Source: Octopus sinensis (taxonomy: Eukaryota). From it: a stretch of DNA of 64,000 nt. Below the pieces are notes generated by a model, which searched no databases, was not told the origin of the DNA, and saw only the letters and a program-made list of their open reading frames with translations. This document shows positions 38,700 through 51,700 of the stretch, piece after piece; position 1 is the first letter of the stretch, and each line of letters begins with the position of its first letter. The DNA lies in contig NC_043001.1 in assembly GCF_006345805.1 (NCBI RefSeq), positions 15,934,001 through 15,998,000 of the forward strand. Direction: 5' to 3'. Made by a program: the position numbers and the translations under genes.

Positions 38700-39082
38700 T
38701 TTTTTTACTTGCTTCAGTCATTGGAGTGTGGCCAGGCTGGGGCACAAATCGACCCCAGGATTTATGCTTTTTCTTTTCAAGTCTAGCTCTTATTTTATCG
38801 GTCTCTTTTGCCGAAACCGCAAAGTTACTCAGAAGCAAACAAACCAACACCGGTTGTGAAGCGGTGATGGGGTGCAAGCAAAAGAACAAAGACACACAGA
38901 TACACACGCACACATGCATAAACACGACGGGGTTCCACACAGTTTCCGTTTACCAAATTCTCTAACAAGACATTGGTCGGTCCGGGGCTTTAGCAGAAAG
39001 CACTTTCCCAGGGTGACGCGTTGTGAAACTGAATCGTAACTTCGTCGTTGCAAAGCAAACTTCTTAACCACTCAGCCATGCC
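38700..39082 (-). mobile_element. SINE family A, diverged
   Basis: Colinear with family A but more mismatched. Confidence 0.8.
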
Positions 39083-39935
39083 TGGTTATATATTTCCCAG
39101 TTTGTTTTTTAAATCATTCCCAACGCGCCTTTTTTAGGGGATTGTTTCTTGTTTTAAATCCTCATACCCTGGTTATCTCAGTTTCTAGATCTTTATATTT
39201 GGATATTTCGGTGCCAGGTAAATGCTTTTATCTAAGACCGTGTATAGAAACTAAGGCAATTACAACGTGAAAGAGACACAGAAATTAGCTTCACTTAATC
39301 ATTTATTATTTGGCTCCAAAATTTTCGTCGCACCAACTACGACCTGTTCACTGACTCTAAATAATAAGTAAGTGAAGTTAACAGTTTTTGTATGTTTTTG
39401 AATGACTAATATGTGTCATTCACATTGCAATTACAACATTTGTATAATTTTCCCAGTTCATTTAAAAATACATTATCATTTGATGAGATAGATATTTCGA
39501 TTAAGATGCATTTAATTTCATTGTTGTCCTTGATGCCAATGTCTGATCGATTATCTTTGAGCTCCTAAACTCTGTATATTGACATATCTCAGAGTAAGGT
39601 TGCTTCGTCATTCCCCGAACATCTTTTTTATATATTGTCTGCATATTCGTCTGAAATGTGCTGTTGTTCATCAAAGACAAAATACACTAGTGATTCGAAT
39701 ATTCACGCTTGAGTCTGATGAAAATTTTTAGAATGAACTCGAATGTATTGATTTGATTCTTGTTATTCCCCAAGCACATGAAGAATTATCAATTGGAAAG
39801 ACATCAACACACATCAGCAAATAATCTGTTCACTAAATTATATAAGCAAGAGCCACAATTCTTGTTTAGAGTATTGATCCGGGAGTAGCTTCGGCTGAAG
39901 AGACTCAAGCAAGTCGAAATACCGCCGTCTCTTAA

Positions 39936-40156
39936 CCATTTAGCATTCACATTACTCTGTCAAATGCAATACTTATTTCTTAACATTGCTTTGAATTAAA
40001 TCATGCATTATCTTGTAGCTTTGAGATTCTGATGATGTTAATGCATATTTTTAGAATAACATTGTAGGGCAAGTGTAAGAGGCCGGCTCTGGCTGGTTTG
40101 AGCATAAAACGGGTAGACTATTTGGGTCGGATACAGCCGGTTTAAATGTTAAAGGG
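39936..40156. mobile_element. TTAA-flanked MITE (piggyBac-like)
   Basis: TTAA|CCATTTAGCATT ... AATGTTAAAGGG|TTAA. Confidence 0.7.
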
Positions 40157-40703
40157 TTAAAGTCCCATTACCTCAACGAATCGAATGTGTAAGGAGTACG
40201 TCTTCTGAAAAGAGAAGTTCTTCTCACAAGACAACGTTATACATCGATTTGCATATTCACGTTCGAATTAGCCTGGACGTATTACACATGAATATGTAGG
40301 CCATTGTTATGGCATTTAATTACTTCTCTTTGTTTACCATCGTAATGTATTCTGATTCTCATCTCCAATTACTTTCCTTCCATTTGACTATTTCAAATAT
40401 TGTTCTTTTTATTTTTCCGGTTTCAGTTTCGATTATGTTTCCCGAATAAATAATTATATTCATAAACATGAACTGTCCCTTTTATTTTCACTAAACGTCG
40501 ATTCATGAGATTTATATACAAGCCAATGAGGCGCTTGTACCAAGCAAAGCTTAGTACAAAGAAGACGAAAAAGAAAAAAAAAGAACCTTCATTTGAATGG
40601 GATTTTTGTACGAAGCTTGGCTGTATCGGAAACGTTCAGGACTAACTCTGGTTAGCGGTGTATTTGGTATCTGACGAATAAATCCACACACACACACACA
40701 CAC

Positions 40704-40776
<73 letters not shown>

Positions 40777-41076
40777 TATGTATGTCGTGCATATGTACAT
40801 ATGTATATGCATGTATGTGTTGCTCAAAATGGTCGTCACTTCTGGGACTTGACTGATGAAAGAAAGTCAGGATTGAACCTGTCTTTTTTGCCTGTCCTTC
40901 TAATCGTTATTTTTCTTGTCCACCTTTGTATCGTCTATCTGTCCGAAAGTTTTAATGCCCTCATTGCGTTTTTGTACTATTTTTATATTTATATATATAA
41001 TTTCTATCTATCAATCTATCTATTATTTTTTTGTATATATCATATATATATATATCTATATATAATATATATATAT

Positions 41077-41108
<32 letters not shown>

Positions 41109-41241
41109 GAATATATAATATATATATATAGATACATTTCTATCTATATAGATGTAGTTGAAATTTATAGAAAAACAAAAGATGAAGACAGGTGTATGAA
41201 CAAGCAAGTGTATTAGTTTGGTGCTCGGGAAAAATGAAAAA

Positions 41242-41281
41242 GTCTTTTATGTTTCGAGCCTACGCTCTTCAACAGAAAGAC
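41242..41281 (-). ncRNA. Minimal (40 nt) type I hammerhead-like motif with CUGUUGA core variant
   Basis: GTCTTT-CTGTTGA-A-GAGC-GTAG-GCTC-GAAA-CAT-A-AAAGAC. Stem I is 6 bp and stem II is 4 bp; stem III ACAT is probably decayed ACGT. Confidence 0.6.
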
Positions 41282-41869
41282 GTAAGAGGAAATAAACAGA
41301 GAGAATGAAAAAGAATGAAAAAAAAAAAAACGTGTAGAGTTCAGCGGTCCAGCATGGCGAATATATATATAGGTGTGTATTGAAAGAGTGACATTTGTTT
41401 ACGTACTGGGTTGGTTCATAATTATTGCGGCCATTTTTTCAATAAATTTTATTCAACAAAAACAACAACATGTAACAAACACATCTTTAAATGATTATTC
41501 CGGAGCATATTCACCATCTACTTCAATTACTGCTTCCCATTTGCTTGGTAGACGGTCAGACCGTCATTTAAAGATTCTTTTGTTAATTGTTATTGTTTTT
41601 GTTGAATAAAATTTGTTGAAAAAAAGCCGCAATAGTTATGCACCAGCCCAATAGTTTTCCTATTTGGGAAGGGTTCAAACTTAAAACTGTTTTTAATGGT
41701 AATTGACTTCGTGGTTCTGTAATGATATCATGCATACAATTATCGACTTAACCGTCACTTAACCGTTACCGTTGAAATAAAAGTGTTTTTAGGAAAATAG
41801 TTCAGTTGACTCTGGAGCGTTTGGCCGTTTAATCTATTGTTAATAGCGAAGTTTTATTTTTTACTATCG

Positions 41870-43740
41870 TCTTGCCCATACTGGATGAATACGAATTTGT
41901 CAAATCCCAGAAAGGTAAAGACAATCTATCCTTTAGGGAGTACATCTACCGACATCAACGGTCCCGAGACCGGAATCTTTATTTCACGTGCGAGGACAAA
42001 ATTCTTAGCGGTTCTGTAACCCTTCGTGGAGTCCCACTTTTTAATGCACATGGTGGTTGGATATCCCAAAGAAGGGCACATAGTCATGCACCGCTTGCAG
42101 GGAGAAAAGGAAGTAATACAGGCTCTCGATGAAGTGAAAGATAAAGCTAGAGCTACAAATTCTACACCAGCGGCAGTGGAGGCGCAATGGCCCAGTGGTT
42201 AGGGCAGCGGACTCGCGGTCAGAGGATCGCGGTTTCGATTCCCAGACCGGGCGGCGTGTGTGTTTATTGAGCGAAAATACCTAAAGCTCCACGAAGCTCC
42301 GGCAGGAGGTGGTGACGACCCCTGCTGTACTCTTTCGCCCCAACTTTCTCTCATTCTTTCTTCCTGTTTCTTGTCCCCGACTTCCGGGATGCGCATTCAT
42401 CCCACCGTCGATGCTCTCAGTGTCGGGGGTTGACTTGCTCTCTCTTCTGCGGGTCTTACGAATAGCAAAGGACCACGTTTCGGAATTCTCCCACTACAGA
42501 GGCGCGATCTTGCGAGCTCTGGGACGAAGACCGCTTCGCTCAACAAACAAACAAACAAACACCAGCGGCAATTATGCAGGAAGCTCGACTGAAACCAGGT
42601 ATAAACGATACCGTTGAAATGTCAAGTACATCAGCTATGAGGCAACGTGTTCAGCGCATTCATAAAAAGGAATTTCCACTGGGATCGAATTCTGCGATAG
42701 ATTTGGTAATCCAGGATACATTAAAGGTCACGCGAACTTAGGAAAGAAACTTCCTTTTCTTTGACACGAAGATAGATGGCGATACTTTGAATGAAGGAAT
42801 CGAAGAGGATGAGGATGTGGAAGATGACGAGCTCTAAGAGAGAATTATAGCTTTCGGTAGGGAAGATAATTTACCAAGATTAGCCGACTCTGATATCTGG
42901 TTTTTAGATGGGACATTTAAAACCTGCCCATGACTTTTCCATCAGTTATATAGTATCCATTACAGGTTCCGAGAGCTAATTTTCCCGGCTGTTTATGTAA
43001 TGCTGACTAGGAAAACAACACAGATATATTCATCAATGCTAGAACACTTAATTTCGGTTGCAGAAGCAAAATGAATTCAATTAAACCCCTACATTCATTA
43101 TAGTAGATTTTGAGTTGTCTAACATCAAAGCCCTCCCAGAAAAATTTCCTGAAGTTAGAATATCAGGATGCTTTTTTTCACTTATGTCAAAGCATTTACC
43201 GAAGTATTCAAAAGAACGGTCTTGTTGGTGCATATAAAAATAATGAGAGTTTAGTCTTAAGTTTACGACTGCTGGCTGCTCTCGCATTTTTACACCCTGA
43301 TGAAATCCATGATACAGGCTTAGATCTCTCTAATAATATTCCAAATATTTCAAATTTTGGCAATACCTGTGTGCTAGGTAGACCCATGATTTCGTGAGGT
43401 AGAAGACCACGACAAAACCAAGTCCGTCATTCTCCACAATTTGATCCAACTGTGTTGAGCATTTATCACTTGAAAGCGTAGAATCTCTCTAGAACAATGG
43501 CGTAAAGGCTTGGCACAGGGGATTTGAAACAGTCATCGAACGATACCATATGGGAGTGTACTCGAGGATTAGGGAATTCATAAAAGAAGATTGTCACCAA
43601 GAGGTACAACGTTTAATTTCGGGGATTAATTCGAGGAAAAAAAAAACAGAGAGAATAAATTCAAAGAAAATAGGCTTGCAACGGTTTTAGGTAGACAGGG
43701 AGCTATCTCTATAAATGAATATATCAGAGGAATTTGTCAC
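41870..43740 (+). mobile_element. Degraded MULE/Mutator transposase with FLYWCH-like N-terminus
   Basis: EFVKSQKGKDNLSFREYIYRHQR; WFLDGTFKTCP; FHQLYSIH; FFHLCQSIYRSIQKNGL; NNGVKAWHRGF; many stops and frameshifts. Confidence 0.85.
42176..42558 (+). mobile_element. SINE family C (tail type 3) inserted in the MULE
   Basis: tRNA-like head TGGCCCAGTGG...GTTTCGATTCC; (CAAA)n end; 12-bp TSD ACACCAGCGGCA at 42164-42175 and 42559-42570. Confidence 0.92.
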
Positions 43741-43947
43741 AATTTATATTTTTCGTTCATGCAACAGGCATCAAAGATGAAGTTAATTACCTAAAAATTA
43801 TGTTTTTAAGCTAATAATGTTTTTATGTTTGCGTTTAATTTAATTATACCTTTACAAAATAAAGGTTTTAAGTATTTTTAGATGATATTTTTAAAACACT
43901 TTTTATACATGTGCGTGTGTGTGTATGTGTGTGTGTGTGTGTGTATG

Positions 43948-43993
<46 letters not shown>

Positions 43994-44519
43994 AAGTCTT
44001 TTTATCAGACAGAATACAAACCCTCAGGGCTCTAACTTAGGATTGACACTTAAACATAAAAAGAAAAAAAAGAAAAGCAAAATTTCAGTACCTTCCTATT
44101 CGCGGGATGTTATAATAACTTAAACATGTTATGTCACTCTTCTGATATGTCACTCTTTTGAAGGGATCTCACACACAAACACACACACGCGCGCGCATAG
44201 GAAAATAGCAGTTGAAAATTCACTGAGAATAATTAACTTATTTAAAGCTTTAACCGGTTTCACAGTTTACTCTGATTTTCAAAAAGTTCGAATAGAAAGA
44301 CGTGGCTTATGTCGCGGCTGTCTTGCTACTGACCAGTGTTTCAAGTTTGCCCTGTTTTTATAGGCAGTTCGTGGCTCAAATAAGTGTATGTTTTGAATGG
44401 GATTTGATTGGTCGAGGATAGACACATGACTGGTTTCAGAAATTTTTGTAGGTTCCCCGCTACGTCCGTTTGGCGTCGCAGTTAAGCCTGGCTAGGCTTT
44501 AAAAGGGCGCATTTATTTG

Positions 44520-44780
44520 TGGAGGCACATGGCTTAGTGGATAGAGTGGCTGACCTGCCGGGCGATGTGTGTGTTTATGAGCGAAAACACCTAAGCCCCA
44601 CGCGGCTCCGGCAGAAGGTAATGGCGAACTTCTGCTGACTCTTTCGCCACAACTTTCTCTCACTCTTTCCTCCTGAATTTTGCAGCTCACCTGCGACAGA
44701 CCAGGTGGGGAACCTATACGCCAAGGAAGCCGGGAAACCGGCCCTTATGAGCCAGGCACGGCTCGAGAAGGAACAAACAT
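44520..44780 (+). mobile_element. SINE family C (tail type 2)
   Basis: Core GAGCGAAAACACCTAAG...CACAACTTTCTCTCAC; tail GGAAACCGGCCCTTATGAGCCAGGCACGGCTCGAGAAGGAAC. Confidence 0.85.
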
Positions 44781-44789
44781 GGGTTTGCA

Positions 44790-45065
44790 CCTAGTAAGTT
44801 CCTCTCCAAGCCACAAGTCTGGGCAAGGTTGTTTATGGAACCAGCGGTCGCCCATGCATACCACGCCATCTATGTTATCTAAGGGAGAGGTAAAGGCCCA
44901 CACAGTTTGGCACCAGTGACATCACAACTCATTTCTACAACTGGGTGAACTGGAGCAACGTGAAATAAAGTGTCTTGCTCAAGAACACAACACACAACCC
45001 GGTCCAGGGATCGAACTCACTACCTCATGATTGTGAGTCCGACGCTCTAATCACTGAGCCACGCG
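44790..45065 (-). mobile_element. SINE family D
   Basis: Head TGGCTCAGTGATTAGAGCG...GTTCGATCCC plus the family D core. Confidence 0.88.
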
Positions 45066-45671
45066 ACATAGAAAATTCGTGATTCTGAAGAATTCTTGAG
45101 TCTTGAGATTATCAAGTGAAGTTGGTCTTAATTACCATTTCGTAATTATGATTCATCCTTTAAAGGCAGAGATAAGATTCATAAATCAACAGCTTTTATT
45201 GTATGGTATTTAATATACCTGTATTTATCTACGCCAGTTGTTCTCAAGCGGGCTTCACATTTCCCTTGAGGGACCAGGTCAGATTTTGTTGTTAAAGTTC
45301 ATCATGTGCAATAAATTAGTTATATTTCTACAAACACAAACTATTTGAACAAGGTGTCAGTAGAAAAAAGTGTTTGAGGTACACTGGTCCCGTTGTTTAA
45401 CTACAAGCCACTGGCCCTCCTGAGTTATTTCGCCTCGCTCGTTTTTGTTTAAATTACATATTTAGACTGGCTTCATTTGTGAGACAAACGTGAATAAAAA
45501 TAAAAGTAATTAGATCAAAAATTTGCTATTCACATGTCAAAAAGATTTACACGTATGTCTAAACTTAGCGAAGTAACACGAACAGAAATTACGATTCAAT
45601 GACAAAAGGAAATTTTAGCATACCAAAATTATAACTATAATTAGAATAGGTAGAAAGGTGACAAACTGGGA

Positions 45672-45862
45672 GAATGGTCAGCGCGTCGAACAAAGTACTT
45701 AGCGGGGTTACTTCTCGAGTTTTACGTTCGGGGTTCAAATGCCACCGAGGTCGACTCTGCCGTTCGTTCGAATTCGATAAAATAAATACTAGTTAAGTGG
45801 AGGGGGTCAAGGTAATCAGCTTCCCCTCCCCTCAAAAACTGCTGCCTTGAGCCGAAATTTGA
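45672..45862 (+). mobile_element. SINE family B, diverged
   Basis: GGGTTCAAATGCCACCGAGGTCGAC. Confidence 0.7.
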
Positions 45863-45925
45863 TTGAATTATCTAAAATAAATATTTCAAAATAAAATCTT
45901 TATTAGTAAAATAAAATATAAAATA

Positions 45926-46499
45926 TTGGGTTGTCCGGAAAGTTCGTGCCGATTTATAAAGGAAAGAAAAAGGTCAATAAATACTTGCCATTACCCAAGC
46001 TTTACCAGGTGCTCATGAGCGACGGATTTTGATAGGCTGAGCCTTTCTGCCAATTCTCGGGTTGTGCAATGTGGGTTATTCTCAATTAATGACTTGATTT
46101 GGTCATCATCTGTAGTGGATGGTCTGCCTGATCGCTCTTTATCAATAAGGCTACAATCTCCAGCTCGGAACCTTGCGAACCACTTCCGTACAGTTCTTTC
46201 AGATAAAGAAGCATCACCGTAAACTGCGCATATTTCATTGGTTGCTTGTGAGGCATTTTTCCCTTTACGGAAAAAGAAAAGCATCAAGTGCCGAAAATGA
46301 ACTTCCTTATATTCCATTTTAAAAGGTTACAGATTTAACACAAGTTGTAGGAACATAAACCTTCTTCCACGAAGAGATAGCTTAAACTGTGCTCTAAATG
46401 GAGGTGTAGTCAAATCCTATTTTATGGATTCAACCATGTTCTAAAATAAGTCGAAAGGTAAGCTACTGTAAATCGGCACGAACTTTCCAGACAACGCAG
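45926..46499 (-). mobile_element. Internally deleted mariner keeping an intact N-terminal HTH DNA-binding region
   Basis: TIRs TTGGGTTGTCCGGAAAGTTCGTGCCGATTTA with TA flanks; ORF 45991-46317 (FRHLMLFFFRKGKNASQA...RKWFARFRAG...RSGRP). Confidence 0.93.
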
Positions 46500-46827
46500 T
46501 ATTAGATAATGATTTGAATAGTTTGTCCAGCGTTGAGCTGGTACAATCATTCGAGCCAAGGGTATAGGCTTGCAGTATTTCTTCCGACTCTTCCCTTTCT
46601 GAGTTCAAATCCATCAGAAGTTAGGTTTGCCTTTCAACCCCCACCCCGGGGGAATCAATAACATGGGTGCTAATCAAGTACTGGGTCCCCTGATATTAAC
46701 TAATCTTTCTTCACCTCAAAACTACTGGCCTTGTGACCAAATCGGAAACCATTGCTAGAATAAATTGTTCATGTTAACAACTTACAGGTATAACACACAC
46801 ACGCACACACATCTTACACGTGTGAAG

Positions 46828-47110
46828 GTGCGTGGCTTAGTGGCTAGGCGGGTTGCATTCATGACCAAGAGATCATGGTTTCGATTCTCAGACCGGCTGC
46901 ATGTTGTGTTCGTAAGCAAAACACTTCATTTCACGTTGCCCCAGTCTACTCAGCTGTAAAATGGATAACCCTGTGATGGAGTAGTCTTTCGAGCAGGGGA
47001 AATGTTGCTCTACTCAGCTAACCAACGAGGGGGGGAAGCATCACTCGAAAAGCAAAGAGCATTGTGGCTAGCGATATATAACAACATGCTGTAGTCTGGT
47101 TGATCACAAG
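46828..47110 (+). mobile_element. SINE family D variant with alternative tail
   Basis: Family D head and core; tail related to 2955-3062. Confidence 0.75.
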
Positions 47111-47139
47111 ATATACATACACACACACACACACACACC

Positions 47140-47460
47140 GACTTTAGTCGAACGAATCGACCCCAGAATTTATTCTTTGTAAGCCTTAGTACTTATTCTA
47201 TCGGTCCCTTTCGCCGATCTTCTAAGTTACGGCGACATAAACACACCAACAACGTTTGTCTTGCGATGGTGGGGGGACAAACACAGACACACACACACAT
47301 ATATATATACGACGGGCTTCTTTCAGTTTCCATCTACCAAATCCACTCACAAGGGTTTGGCCAGCCCGAGGCTATTGTAGAAGACACATGCCCAAGGTGT
47401 CACGCAATGGGACTGAACCCGGAGCAATGTGGTTGGAAAGCAACCTTCTTACCACATAGC
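47140..47460 (-). mobile_element. SINE family A
   Basis: Matches the family A pattern. Confidence 0.88.
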
Positions 47461-47477
47461 TTACGCCCCCGCATATA

Positions 47478-47523
<46 letters not shown>

Positions 47524-47805
47524 TCACGTGTATTCTATTTAAAATTCTATTGTGATCTAGTTTTAAACTATTTTAGTGAAAAGTTTTGATATATCCTTAT
47601 TAGCTCTTTATCGTGTGTGTGTGTGTGTGTGTTTCTGTATATAACTTTTTTTATGTGTCGAGGTGTACACGTATGTACACCAAGCAGTGCATGGATGTTT
47701 ATAAATAATAGATGTATATATACACTCCGCCTCCTCATAAATAAAATATACTGACTCAGGTATACACACACAGAAACACACATATATATATGCATATATC
47801 CATAT

Positions 47806-47890
<85 letters not shown>

Positions 47891-48188
47891 GTATAATTTA
47901 TAGCGGTATGTATCTATGTATGTATGCAGATATATCTCGATGTATGTAAACAGAAGTGAATGAAAGGTGAAGAAGCGACGATAATAATCAGTTTTAAGCA
48001 TCAGTTGGTTTGCTCGAAACACAAACAAACAATACTATGTAAATACAAGAGACAGAGGGGAAAGAGAGGGACACACACACATACTGAGGAAAGAGAGACA
48101 AAGAAAGAACGAGAGATAGAGAAACAGAGCGCGAGAGAGAAAGAGCGAGAGAGAGACAGATTTGTTTATGGAAAGCCAGTATGGCCGA

Positions 48189-48207
48189 CACGTGGCGGAA
48201 ATGACGT
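48189..48207. promoter_or_regulatory. E-box plus ETS/CRE-like composite in a CpG-rich island
   Basis: CACGTG-GCGGAAATGACGT. Confidence 0.3.
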
Positions 48208-48540
48208 GTAAGCGAGACTTCGTGCCACAGTCGTTGGTCGAATTAGTCCAGCTGTGCTCTTTACCGCATTCCCATCGGACACAACACTAAATCTCTCTAT
48301 TCTCGGACAGTGTTTGTTTATCAATGTCTTCCTTTTCGCATACAACTGTTTGATAGTTTGTTTACAGCGCGTTCAACAACAGGAGAAACACACCACCAAC
48401 AACACCGCCGTCGCCGTCGCCAACACGTAACGCATCCACCGGCCTCGGCGTTTCGACATATTTACACACATATAAATGTGCGCGCATGCGTAAATACACA
48501 TATGATACATGTACGGATTCACATCTCTGTGCATGCGTTA

Positions 48541-48631
<91 letters not shown>

Positions 48632-48778
48632 ATATGTATATATCTGTCTGTCTATCTATCTGTGCGTGTGTGTTTGTCTGTACATATGTATATATATATG
48701 TGTGTGTGCGTGCTTGTGTGTGTGTGTATATATATATGTATGCTTATATGTATATATATGTGCATATATATTTATAAC

Positions 48779-48825
<47 letters not shown>

Positions 48826-49126
48826 GTATATATATGTATATATATATATATGTATATGTGTGTGTATGCACATATTTGTGTGTGTATGTGTATGTGTGTA
48901 TATACAAACATACATGCAAATTCATAATATATATATGTATATATATATATATGTGTGTATATATATGAATGTATGTATGTATGTATGCATGTATCTATCT
49001 ATCTATCAATATATATATATATATGTACACACAGACACAAGCACGCACACATACACATACACGTGTACATATTTGGAGAGAGAGAGAGTGGGAGAGAGAG
49101 AGGAAGAGAAAGAAAGAAAAAGACAG

Positions 49127-49177
<51 letters not shown>

Positions 49178-49661
49178 TAAAATTGGAAAAAATAACTATG
49201 TACGTATAAAACATGCACGACACATATCTATCTATCTATCTATCTATCTGTTTATCTGTTTACATATCTATCGGTCTATAATAGACATGAAAACAGATGC
49301 GTCTCAGAAATAATATACAAATATATGTTATCATTCATATACATCCATGACAATATATACAAATCCATATTGATAGATAGATAAAAGGTACCTATGTATA
49401 TATATATATATAGATATATATATATATATATATATTAATAAATGAAATAAAACATATGCATATATATAAACATATATGTACGTACCTACCTCTACATGTA
49501 CATATACACGCATATATGTGTACAGGACACCAAAGGGACGTCGAACACATAGAGAGACGAAAAACAAGACACAAACCAAGGAACAAGACAGGCAAAAAAA
49601 AGGAAGTACAGGACAATGAGCACAACGAAATACATATGCATACACATACAATCACATATGT

Positions 49662-49703
<42 letters not shown>

Positions 49704-49801
49704 CATACATACATACTTACTCATTTACATTCTTTAAGCACAGGTGTACTCAGATCCACACACACATACACGCACATGCATTCATACATACTAACACACA
49801 A

Positions 49802-49840
<39 letters not shown>

Positions 49841-50256
49841 CCGTTCTCACACACACACCACACACACACATGCCTGTATGCCAATAATCATAGTTAAGAT
49901 CGTGCATATATCTTTTTATCAGTCAGAGGTCAGCCCGGCAGATATGTCAACCAGCTGAACTTGCTCTTCGCTGGCTGGCTGCTTGACTGCTTGACTGCCT
50001 GACTGCCTGCCTGCCTGCCTGTCTGCGCTACAAGTATCGTCTGATATTGCACATTGTGCGCCATTTGCAACGTGTGGGTCTCTTTTGAAATCTAGCGCAA
50101 GAATCTGTGCAACACGAAGAGATAGAGTGAATACAAGCCAACAAAATGATACTTCTCTAACGGCCCGTTGACCCTCCAACAATATGAAAACCTCTCTATG
50201 TAATCTACATTCACAAAGCTCTTAGATGTAGTTGTTACTGTTGTCTTCTTCTTCTT

Positions 50257-50287
<31 letters not shown>

Positions 50288-50391
50288 TTGAATGGTCATT
50301 CTAATAGCTCTTTTGTCTTAATAACGGTCAATCACACAGTAATTTCCCTTTGTTTTAACAGTCATTTTCATAGCATTTTTTTCGATGGTCT

Positions 50392-50452
50392 GACAACTGA
50401 AGAGATGCTAGAGTGAGTTTCGGCCCCGACATCCGAAACTCGGAGTTTTACC
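50392..50452 (+). ncRNA. Type I hammerhead-like motif, same family as 17252-17312
   Basis: GACAA-CTGAAGA-GATG...CATC-C-GAAA-CTC-G-GAG-T-T-TTACC; the downstream ~100 bp are homologous to 17313-17410. Confidence 0.6.
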
Positions 50453-50683
50453 ATGGCTACCGAATAATTGTCACATATTACATTTACAGATAAATTCATC
50501 TATTTACGTAATATCGAGGTCTCTTTCATTCTTTTGTTGTCTTACCATTTCTATCAATACATACACACACACACACACACACCACACATATATATATATA
50601 CATACACATACATGTATGTGTATATATATGTATGTGCATATATATAAATGTGTATATATGTACGCATACATGAGTATATATAT

Positions 50684-50737
<54 letters not shown>

Positions 50738-50869
50738 GCATCCATCCATCCATCCATACATACATACATAGATACAAGGTGCGATAGGTAAATTGTCGCC
50801 ATTATATATTTTTTATTTCGTGGATGTGCATTCTCTGTTTTGGATTTTGCCAACTACACAATATAGTAG

Positions 50870-51145
50870 GGTCAGCTGGGCACCGTTTGTGAGAAAAGCA
50901 GCACCATGACGCGATTCACTCTACCAGAAATTTGGAAACAACATGCTGTACTGCTTGGCATTCGCGCCGGAAGCTCCAATACGAACACACAGAGTAACCG
51001 TTGGCTTGTCGTGTCCCCCAAACGTATACCGAGAGTGATTAGTCATCTAGTCAACATCATGGTGTTTGGAGTGATCATTACTGATGGCAACGTTATGCCT
51101 CCATTCATCTTCCTACGCGGTCTTACACTCAACACGGTGGCCTAA
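50870..51145 (+). mobile_element. maT/DD37D-like transposase fragment
   Basis: HLVNIMVFGVIITDGNVMPPFIFLRGLTLNT; cut off by a family C SINE. Confidence 0.75.
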
Positions 51146-51388
51146 ATCAAGTTCCTTCTCGAGCCATGCCTGGCGCATAAGGGCCGGTTTCCCGGTTTCC
51201 TTGGCCTATAGAACGCCGGTCTGTCGCAGGTGAGCTGCAAGATGCAGGAGGAAAGAGTGAGAGAAAGTTGTGGGGAAAGAGTCAACAGAAGTTTTCCATT
51301 ACCTTCTGCCGGAGCCGCGTGGAGCTTAGGTGTTTCGCTCACAGACACACATATCGCTGCTCTAACCACTAGGCCATGTGCCTCCACA
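51146..51388 (-). mobile_element. SINE family C (tail type 2)
   Basis: Reverse complement matches 44520-44780. Confidence 0.85.
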
Positions 51389-51498
51389 TTGAATAAATTT
51401 ACTCTTTAGTATCTCAAGATATTTTTTTATGTAATTTTGGTAAAGATATCTGTTAAAATGAGATGTCAGTGTTATTTTCATTTTTACTAAATTTAGAC

Positions 51499-51700
51499 GA
51501 AAACAATTGTAGCGTGGAAGGTGTTTATAAGCCTTTTAAGAAACACACAAAATCCGTCAGATTCACTTCAACATTTAAATTTAATTTGTCAAAATATTTT
51601 CGTCGTTTCTTAAATGGCTTATAAACAACTTCCACTCTGCAATTGTTTTCGCTCCAGCACACGATCTCAGATCAGGTCACTTGCTATGCAAGTACATCTC
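51499..51700. repeat. Dispersed repeat in foldback arrangement (46-bp arms, 60-nt loop)
   Basis: 51499-51544 versus 51605-51650; a linear copy lies at about 61190-61385. Confidence 0.75.

Noticed and set aside
39181-39220. Possible 36-nt micro-exon ending CCAG|GTAAAT
   Set aside because: Splice-like signals of this strength occur by chance; no supporting homology.
42176-42250. tRNA genes at SINE heads (also 1-131, 19608-19670, 54920-54990)
   Set aside because: A and B boxes are present, but there is no full cloverleaf and each runs into a shared SINE core.
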